From contig JBMFNT010000012.1 in NCBI GenBank assembly GCA_049970015.1, forward strand, positions 1 to 22,258: DNA of 22,258 bases, written 5' to 3'. A program made the translations under genes and the position numbers. The DNA comes from Candidatus Micrarchaeia archaeon. Its GTDB lineage: Archaea; Micrarchaeota; Micrarchaeia; CAILAH01. The notes under the pieces were generated by a model, which worked only from the letters and a program-made list of their open reading frames with translations, ran no database searches and was not told where the DNA came from. Position 1 is the stretch's first letter. Each line of letters begins with the position of its first letter. Shown here piece by piece: positions 1 through 6,240 of the stretch.

Positions 1-184
1 AGAGGGGGGATCAGGAATCAAGAAAAACTGAGAGGGGATACTTCCCCCCACGGTTGTCTTCCCCATTTATTAAGAGGGGGAGTCAGGAATCCCAAACTTC
101 TTTGGTGCAGCTTTCTTAGGCATCCCAAAGAAAGGTGCGGGGGACCCTTCCCCCTCTGGTTGGCTTCCCCATCCTTCTCCTCTT
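1..184 (-). ncRNA. Putative tRNA-Trp intron (>=184 nt, truncated by window edge) containing two related units
   Basis: Follows tRNA position 37 directly, with no T-arm or 3' acceptor strand in 1-184. It is GC-richer than its surroundings. Units at 73-172 and 1-66 both start ATGGGGAAG(C/A)CAACC and end GATTCCTGA-(CT/TC)CCCCCTCT. Confidence 0.6.
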
Positions 185-222
185 CTGGAGCCAGCCGTGT
201 TGCCAGGTTGCACCATAGCCCC
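185..222 (-). tRNA. trnW: tRNA-Trp(CCA), 5' exon (tRNA positions 1-37); 3' exon not in window
   Basis: Minus strand reads GGGGCTA TG GTGC AACCTGGCA ACAC G GCTGG CT CCA G: acceptor strand, U8, D-arm (GTG/CAC, conserved GG), anticodon stem strand and CT-CCA-G loop. It resembles archaeal tRNA-Trp 5' exons, which carry an intron at 37/38. Confidence 0.85.
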
Positions 223-268
223 TTTTCTATTTATAAAATAAGTACGAGAATGTTTAAATTGGTTTAAC
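223..268. promoter_or_regulatory. Divergent promoter region for tRNA-Trp and the nuclease gene
   Basis: AT-rich 46-bp gap with TATA-like TTTATA (230-235) and TTTAAA (253-258), each about 30-35 bp upstream of one of the two divergent starts. Confidence 0.45.
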
Positions 269-997
269 ATGATACGGATTGTCTTTAGAACCTACATTGT
301 CCTAATAATGCTGATAGTGGCCATATTCACTGGCTGTACAACAAAAATGTATGTTAGCAGGGTTATTGATGGTGATACATTTGAGACCAGTGATGGGGAG
401 ATCGTACGGCTAATAGGTGTTAATACCCCTGAGAAAGGAGAACCATGCTATGAGGATGCAAAGCTGTATGTGGAATCACAAATATTTGGAAGATATGTTG
501 ATGTAAAAACCTTTGGAAAGGATAAATATGGAAGAACTCTTGGAGAGGTATACACTAGTGGAAAAAACCTTAATACTGAGCTCATCAGGAGAGGGTATGC
601 AAATGCATACTTAGGTGATGAAGAGATAAACTGGGCCGAGTACGTTTCTGCGGAAGAAGAAGGATACCTCTTAGGAGGGTGTATGTGGGAAGGGGGATGG
701 AAACGTGTGTGTGTTGGGGGGGAATGGAAAAATGGGGGGTTTGAGATAGTTAATTTGTGCAATGTAACTATAGATACAAATGTAACAATAAGAGACACAA
801 GCGCATCACATAGGATAAATTCCGTATTGCTAATAGAGCCGTATGGCAGAATAAGGATAGATGAAAGTTGCATATCAGACAACAAAACGATTGGGATATG
901 TCAGCACATATTCAATAAAGATGGGGATGAGTTGATAATTTATGATAAGGAGGGGCTTGTTGTAAGAATACCTTATGGAAAGTATAAGCAAGGTTAG
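269..997 (+). CDS. Thermonuclease (SNase-family) lipoprotein with a C-terminal beta-rich (lamin-tail-like) domain
   Basis: SNase motifs VSRVIDGDT, VRLIGVNTPE, DKYGRTLG and NTELIRRGYA; N-terminal hydrophobic stretch with lipobox-like FTGC. Confidence 0.9.
   Translation: MIRIVFRTYIVLIMLIVAIFTGCTTKMYVSRVIDGDTFETSDGEIVRLIGVNTPEKGEPCYEDAKLYVESQIFGRYVDVKTFGKDKYGRTLGEVYTSGKNLNTELIRRGYANAYLGDEEINWAEYVSAEEEGYLLGGCMWEGGWKRVCVGGEWKNGGFEIVNLCNVTIDTNVTIRDTSASHRINSVLLIEPYGRIRIDESCISDNKTIGICQHIFNKDGDELIIYDKEGLVVRIPYGKYKQG
763..778 (+). repeat. 16-bp near-palindrome TGTAACTATAGATACA (copy 1, inside nuclease CDS)
   Basis: Exact reverse complement of the copies at 5140-5155, 6401-6416 and 6449-6464. It is followed 2 bp later by a further half-site, TGTAAC (781-786). 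Confidence 0.9.
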
Positions 998-1000
998 AAC

Positions 1001-3298
1001 TCATATATTGTTTTGGGATTTTTTTGTCTGAAGAAGGGATATCTCCTCTCTCAAGAGTGATTCAAATATACCTGGCCATCTCCTGTCAACCTCTGCATAA
1101 TCTATATTACCCTTCTCATCTTCAAGGTCTTTTAAGAGTTTGTTTGATGCAGAAGATACTTTTAGCACAAAATCCATCTCAAGAAGCTCAAAAAAACCAT
1201 ACTTTTCATATGCCCTGTAAATCTGAGAGTAAACCTTTCCTTTAAACGCTGCCTGCATTATCATCTGCTCAGGGCTTAACCCTCTCTCATCAGACCTTCT
1301 CTGGAGAGCGGGCGGGACAAACTTTAGCTTAAGGTTATTTTGAAGCTTACCGAGATCTATATCATCAATAAGCCACTTATTAAGCTCTTCGTTTTCAACA
1401 AACAGCGCACGACAAACAGATGAGTTTATATCGTTTCCCCTCTCAAAAACAAACACCTCTTCAAATTTCTTATTAGTTATATCACTCTCATATGCCTTTC
1501 CCAACAACCGATATGTTGCGCTCTTTCTCCCAAAACGCACCTTTTTGAGGAATGTGTATCTGTCAGTTGCAAACATACTTGCTGCGGGTATTCCAAACAC
1601 CAACTCAAGCCTATCGCGTATATCCTTGAGGCTTTGTGCATGAAGGTTGTAAAGAACGAAAACACCAGGTTGTGTGTTGAGTAGGTTTATTATACCTTGT
1701 ATTGCTGCCCGTGACCTTACCTCATTTATTATGAGTGCAGCATCACCCATACGCAGTGTTGCGCTTGTGAGTGCAACAAGAGATAATGCCGCAGATGGTC
1801 CAGTGTCAACCTCCTTATCGGATGGCATAGATCTCATCACACCTATGTGAAAACCGCGCTTTCTGTATGCAGGCACTGGTATCTCTTGTATATCCTGTAT
1901 AGGAATTATGCGCATCTTGGTACCTATGGCAATCATCTTAGCTGCCGTGAAAGAAGTTTTTCCCACGCCTTTCAATCCAAGTATTGCTTCAGATGAACCA
2001 AGAAATACCATCATGTCATCATATCCAGCAAAGAATGCTGAGAATGATTTATACCTTAAATACTCTGCATATGTAAATGGAGTTTCCTTCATAATCCTAA
2101 GCGCTCCCTGCCTTTCACCAAACGTTGCCGGCGGTCCTTGTAAATGGCATCTCATGTTAAGCCTCTTAAGCACAAGATCAACTATGGGGTTTTGTGGCCC
2201 GTATGCTGCTGAGGGATCAGTTGCAAGTATGTTGTGGAACAACTGGTCAACAAGCTTGTTGTTATACCTGTACACTGTGTGGCATATACCAAATATTGCA
2301 TGATCTAAGTATATTGGAGCGTTTTCCGCATCTATGTATATATCAGTCACATTCCTCTTATCAAGATATATCACTTCTATTGGCTCCCCCAACCCTGCAA
2401 CCCATGAAGATACTACACGCCCAAGGACCAATGCCTGTTCTGGTGTTAGGTTTATCTTATTATCACCAGCATACTCCATAAAGTACTTTCTGTACTCTCT
2501 TGCCTTGTCATCAAAAAGCATGTTATAATCTTTTACCTGTATACCCCTTACCGTACTCATATCGCGCTCTATAACCCTCCTCGCCTCTTCTATTATGCGC
2601 ACATCTATTGAGTCCAGAATGGGGTTTTCTATTATGTACCAGTATGCCTCAGAGCCTGGCACATCATATATAGATATCTTGTAACCATAATCAAGAGTAT
2701 ATATTGCCCCTGGCTTGTCAAGGATTTTGGAACCTTCAGGCAGAAGCAACTCAAGGGAATCCACAAACTTCATCACTTTCATATTAAGTAGAGATATCAA
2801 TGCCTTTCTCATGTCACCTTTCTCTTTAACTAATGAATACATCTTCGTTTCCCGCAGTTTTTTAAGTATGCCTTGCAGCCATGCCAGATATTTCTTGTAT
2901 GCTTCATAGTATGCTGCCTTTGTGGGCTGTGGTTCACTATATTCAGTTATCGTCTGTTCTGCAATCAATGGGTTCATCATAAGCTCTTCATAAATTTTCA
3001 TAAGCGTCTTTTTTCTTTTATCGTATGCTTCGTCATCCTCCCTCCCATATATTTCCTTGCTGTCCAAAAGCTTCTCTACCTGTTTTATAAATCTCACATA
3101 TGACATTATTATGTCAACTTTCTCACCCTCGAGTTCAAAAACAAGCTGCTCTTCATACCTTATCTTTGTAAAATCCGTGCGTATGAGTGTTGTCATCATA
3201 CGCATATTATTACCTACAAACTCAGGGCTCATAAACTCGTACGGAGAATTTGTACAGTCAAAAACAAGTGTGTTCCCTTTTACGTTCATCTCACACAT
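1001..3298 (-). CDS. Type II/IV secretion-pilus assembly ATPase (VirB11/TadA/FlaI superfamily) with long N-terminal extension
   Basis: 765-aa ORF. GLGEPIEVIYLD..VTDIYID matches the GxGxLxxLLxDxxIxEI-type motif. Also Walker A GLKGVGKT, IIPIQDIQE (Asp box), LRMGDAALIINEVR (Walker B region) and NLHA (His box). Confidence 0.85.
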   Translation of the reverse strand: MCEMNVKGNTLVFDCTNSPYEFMSPEFVGNNMRMMTTLIRTDFTKIRYEEQLVFELEGEKVDIIMSYVRFIKQVEKLLDSKEIYGREDDEAYDKRKKTLMKIYEELMMNPLIAEQTITEYSEPQPTKAAYYEAYKKYLAWLQGILKKLRETKMYSLVKEKGDMRKALISLLNMKVMKFVDSLELLLPEGSKILDKPGAIYTLDYGYKISIYDVPGSEAYWYIIENPILDSIDVRIIEEARRVIERDMSTVRGIQVKDYNMLFDDKAREYRKYFMEYAGDNKINLTPEQALVLGRVVSSWVAGLGEPIEVIYLDKRNVTDIYIDAENAPIYLDHAIFGICHTVYRYNNKLVDQLFHNILATDPSAAYGPQNPIVDLVLKRLNMRCHLQGPPATFGERQGALRIMKETPFTYAEYLRYKSFSAFFAGYDDMMVFLGSSEAILGLKGVGKTSFTAAKMIAIGTKMRIIPIQDIQEIPVPAYRKRGFHIGVMRSMPSDKEVDTGPSAALSLVALTSATLRMGDAALIINEVRSRAAIQGIINLLNTQPGVFVLYNLHAQSLKDIRDRLELVFGIPAASMFATDRYTFLKKVRFGRKSATYRLLGKAYESDITNKKFEEVFVFERGNDINSSVCRALFVENEELNKWLIDDIDLGKLQNNLKLKFVPPALQRRSDERGLSPEQMIMQAAFKGKVYSQIYRAYEKYGFFELLEMDFVLKVSSASNKLLKDLEDEKGNIDYAEVDRRWPGIFESLLREEISLLQTKKSQNNI

Positions 3299-3359
3299 AA
3301 ACCTATTGTCTTTGCGAAAATATAAAAATTATTGTATACATATCAATTATGGTGGTATC

Positions 3360-3725
3360 ATGACATTAAATCCATTCGACCTAAAGGTTGAGTTTTCCCC
3401 ATTGAGATTGAGAAAAGGGGATGAGAAGCCTATGCACATGAAGATATATCTGAAAAACCTGGAGCCGGAAGAAGTTCTGACAAGCGTCATTGTTGAGATA
3501 CCAAAAGAGGCTGGTTTTGACAGGACTGGCATAGTCAACAGAAAGGAGATAAGAATAGGTAAAATTGCACCGAAAGAGGAGCGGTCTATTGATGTAGATT
3601 TGTATTCGCATCAGAAGACTGAACAGGGAGTGTTCCCAATAAAAATAATTGCAAACAAACATTACAGGGGATATTCCCATGTGTTTTCAAACACTGTAAA
3701 AGAGGTTACACTAAGAATTGTGTAA
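3360..3725 (+). CDS. Hypothetical protein, probable single Ig-like beta-sandwich domain (121 aa)
   Basis: ATG at 3360 is preceded by SD-like GGTGGT. The sequence shows an alternating beta-strand pattern (IYLKN, IGKIAPKEERSIDVDL, GVFPIKIIA), and a T-run follows the stop. Confidence 0.7.
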   Translation: MTLNPFDLKVEFSPLRLRKGDEKPMHMKIYLKNLEPEEVLTSVIVEIPKEAGFDRTGIVNRKEIRIGKIAPKEERSIDVDLYSHQKTEQGVFPIKIIANKHYRGYSHVFSNTVKEVTLRIV

Positions 3726-3880
3726 TTTTTTACTTGATTTACTTATTCTTCTGACCCTCTGAGTGAACCCGTAATCCTGCAAGTTGGTTATAACAAGCTC
3801 GCAAATTGAAAAACAAATGTGTACATCTAAAACTAGTGCCAAAATAGCTGAATCTATTTGCGGAATTCAGGTAAATAACA

Positions 3881-4185
3881 ATCAATTATGAAGTTAAAGA
3901 CTTATCGCCTGTACCGCAAGGAAAGATGAACATTGAACTTGCAGAAAGAAGGATGGGCGCATTGATGAAGGTAAAAGAGTGTTTTGAGAAAGAAACCATT
4001 TAAATGGCTAACAATCGGGTCAGCACTTCATATAACAAAAGAAATTGCTGTTGCCAGAACGCTTGCAGCAGGAGGTGTAAAGATCGCATTAGCAAATTGT
4101 AATCCGCTGAGTACGCAAGATGATGCAGCAGCGGCTTTGGCGAGCGAAGGAGTTTTCTGTTTATGATTATAAAAGTGAAATGAGC
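3881..4185 (+). pseudogene. ahcY: S-adenosylhomocysteine hydrolase, N-terminal remnant
   Basis: Joined frames give (I)NYEVKDLSPVPQGKMNIELAERRMGALMKVKECFEKE / PFKWLTIGSALHITKEIAV..LAAGGVKIALANCNPLSTQDDAAAALASEGV / SVYDYKSE, i.e. the AhcY N-terminus (LHxTxE and CNPLSTQD motifs). ATC stands where the ATG is expected, there are frameshifts near 3995 and 4155, and the remainder is missing. Confidence 0.9.
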
Positions 4186-4234
4186 ACTCACTACGTGCCA
4201 TCATATTCTTAGGCCATGCTTTCAAGTATTTAAT

Positions 4235-4492
4235 CTACTCCTTGAGTGAATCTATAAGTTGTGATAAATGAAAAACTGCATTCTTTCCTTTTTCGGTCAG
4301 TACAACCATCTTTTTCCTACCCTCAATCTTATACTCAACTATCCCAAGATTGTTTAACTGGTTTAACACATTCAGTGTATGAAGGTAGGTCATGCCTGTA
4401 GATTTTGACAATAAAGAAATATACCATTTCTTCGTGCCGTCTTTTAAAAGTAAAAGTAGCATTGTAGGCTTTTCTCTTACAAAAGGAATCAT
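4235..4492 (-). CDS. Small winged helix-turn-helix protein (MarR/ArsR-like)
   Basis: 85 aa; ISLLSKSTGMTYLHTLNVLNQLNNLGIV (HTH) followed by wing EGRKKMVVLTEKG. Confidence 0.85.
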   Translation of the reverse strand: MIPFVREKPTMLLLLLKDGTKKWYISLLSKSTGMTYLHTLNVLNQLNNLGIVEYKIEGRKKMVVLTEKGKNAVFHLSQLIDSLKE

Positions 4493-4552
4493 ACTGCAGA
4501 ATAAAATACTAATTAATAAATATTTTACTACAAATATTAGATTGGTGGTATT

Positions 4553-4807
4553 ATGGCATTGAATATTGCGGACTTGTATGGTATGGACATCTTCACCACT
4601 AATGGAAAATTCGTTGGTAAGGTGCAGGATGTTATAGTTGACTTGGAGAAAGGAGAAATAATAAGGATCTCTTTAGAGCCCCTAAGCACAACAAGCTCAA
4701 GAGAAGAGGCAAGACAGGTCTTGAAAGACAAAAGTATACTTTACAAAAGTGTTAAGTCTGTTGGAGATGTTGTAATAATAGATGAAAATTATAAGGAAAG
4801 TAGATAG
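4553..4807 (+). CDS. PRC-barrel domain protein (CdpB-like archaeal cell-division family)
   Basis: LYGMDIFTTNGKFVGKVQDVIVDLEKGEI and VKSVGDVVII are typical single PRC-barrel motifs; SD-like GGTGGT upstream. Confidence 0.9.
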   Translation: MALNIADLYGMDIFTTNGKFVGKVQDVIVDLEKGEIIRISLEPLSTTSSREEARQVLKDKSILYKSVKSVGDVVIIDENYKESR

Positions 4808-4822
4808 GGATAGGGGTCACTT

Positions 4823-5101
4823 CTAGTATTGTTTTAATTTTTCTATTGTTTCTCGCTTTCCCATAAGCTCTACTGATATAATATTACACTTCCATACCTC
4901 AATATCTCCATAGAACTTCTGGAAAAAACCATCTAATATTTTTTCATACTCCTTTTTGGCTAAAAATGCTGATTTTGTTGCTTTTCTTATAAAGGGAGTG
5001 TACTTAGACATTTGATAATAAAAACGTCTTTTTATCTTATTTGTTTCTTTCTTTTCCTTTGGGGTTATATCGTATATATAAAGAAGGCTGTATTCTGTCA
5101 T
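4823..5101 (-). CDS. Orphan Cas2/VapD-like ferredoxin-fold protein (92 aa)
   Basis: Start re-assigned to the ATG at 5101 (TATA about 25-30 bp upstream). LLYIYDI, a basic helix KIKRRFYYQMSKY and KSAF resemble Cas2 hhhYDI...QxSVF, and the size fits. Confidence 0.55.
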   Translation of the reverse strand: MTEYSLLYIYDITPKEKKETNKIKRRFYYQMSKYTPFIRKATKSAFLAKKEYEKILDGFFQKFYGDIEVWKCNIISVELMGKRETIEKLKQY

Positions 5102-5103
5102 AT

Positions 5104-5155
5104 TGTATCTATGGTTACAAAAGTATATATTTTTTGTATTGTATCTATAGTTACA
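5104..5155 (-). promoter_or_regulatory. Promoter of the Cas2-like gene: BRE/TATA flanked by two 16-bp near-palindromes (copies 2 and 3)
   Basis: Plus-strand TGTATCTATGGTTACA (5104-5119) and TGTATCTATAGTTACA (5140-5155) lie 36 bp apart and enclose minus-strand AAAAATATATACTT (5121-5134). Confidence 0.8.
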
Positions 5156-5244
5156 AACCACAAATGTTATCACTAATATAATACTGGAAGTCACCCCTCC
5201 CACTATGATAATACTTATAGATGTTGATATATATTATCTAACTT

Positions 5245-6240
5245 ATGATAGAGATAGATGGCTCTTATTTAGAGGGAGGGGGGCAGATATTAAGGACTTC
5301 ACTGTCTATGAGTGCAATATTATCCGAGCCGTTTCATATAATTAATATAAGAGCAAACAGGCCTAAGAAGGGGCTGATGCCCCAACACCTTCACGCAGTC
5401 AATGCAATTGCGGAAATATGCAATGCATCTGTTGAAGGTAATAGGATAGGTTCCACAGAATTAACTTTTATTCCATCAAGTATATCAGCAGGTGAATATT
5501 CATTTGATATAGGTACTGCCGGTTCGGTAGTTTTGCTTTCACAAACAATAATTCCCGTGCTTGCGTATGGAGATAAAAGGAGCAAAGTATATTTGAAAGG
5601 TGGTACAGATGTGATGAAGAGCCCAACTTATAATTACTTTGCCAATGTATTCATAAGAAACATCTCAAATTATGGGCTAAAAGTTAGTTCAAAGCTTGAA
5701 GTACCTGGTTTTTATCCATCTGGTGGTGGAAAAATATATGTGGAAATTGATTCATCAAAGCCAAAAAAGTACGATTTTCTTGATAGAGGCTCTTTAGAAG
5801 GAGAGAATGTTTATATTGTGCTTTCAAACCTTCCAGGGCATATAGTTGATAGAGAAGAAAGATATTTTTATGATATTTCTGGGCACAGCTTTTCAGTTAA
5901 GAAAGAGATTTTCAAGGATGCACCAAGTGCAGGCAATTCCATAACATTAGCAGCACACTTTTCTAATTATTCTGTAGGCACTGACACTTTGGGAATTGTG
6001 GGAAAACCAGCAGAGAAAGTTGCACGAGATGTGTTTAACCAGTACATTGCAGAGTTTAATGGTGCTGGGACAGATACAAACATGACAGATCAGTTACTTA
6101 TATATACTGCACTTTCTGGCAGCGGTAGCATAAAATACAACAACTTATCTGCTCATTCTAAAACAAACATATTTACGATATCAAAATTTACCGGTCTAAA
6201 TCCAACTATTAATTATGATGAGAAGGTAATATCTTACTGA
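5245..6240 (+). CDS. rtcA: RNA 3'-terminal phosphate cyclase
   Basis: IDGSYLEGGGQILRT, IRANRPKKGL..QH, DIGTAGS, GGTDV..SP, GFYPSGGG, DQLLIY and catalytic-His region SAHSKTN. Confidence 0.96.
   Translation: MIEIDGSYLEGGGQILRTSLSMSAILSEPFHIINIRANRPKKGLMPQHLHAVNAIAEICNASVEGNRIGSTELTFIPSSISAGEYSFDIGTAGSVVLLSQTIIPVLAYGDKRSKVYLKGGTDVMKSPTYNYFANVFIRNISNYGLKVSSKLEVPGFYPSGGGKIYVEIDSSKPKKYDFLDRGSLEGENVYIVLSNLPGHIVDREERYFYDISGHSFSVKKEIFKDAPSAGNSITLAAHFSNYSVGTDTLGIVGKPAEKVARDVFNQYIAEFNGAGTDTNMTDQLLIYTALSGSGSIKYNNLSAHSKTNIFTISKFTGLNPTINYDEKVISY

Noticed and set aside
70..270. 66-aa minus-strand ORF
   Set aside because: It overlaps the tRNA-Trp exon and intron, and its G/P-rich translation just reflects the structured RNA.
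3057..3359. Long N-terminal extensions in the ORF track (3057, and likewise 5203, 7789, 16243, 17258, 20574)
   Set aside because: They overlap neighbouring genes or promoters. Downstream ATGs fit the domain starts and SD/TATA positions better.
3695..3710. TGTAAAAGAGGTTACA as a seventh motif copy
   Set aside because: The outer TGTA-N8-TACA is kept but there are four core mismatches, which is plausible by chance in AT-rich DNA.
3735..3880. Possible second gene remnant upstream of the ahcY pseudogene
   Set aside because: Short open stretches without a motif I can recognise with confidence.
5104..5155. Two repeats beside a Cas2-like gene as a mini CRISPR array
   Set aside because: The repeat is only about 16-21 bp with a 36-bp period, the intervening sequence is the TATA box, and the same motif occurs inside genes. 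It is better explained as a binding site.
5211..5244. Possible dif site (imperfect inverted repeat TAGAT...ATCTA)
   Set aside because: It lacks the TAA-N6-TTA core and is more simply the rtcA promoter.
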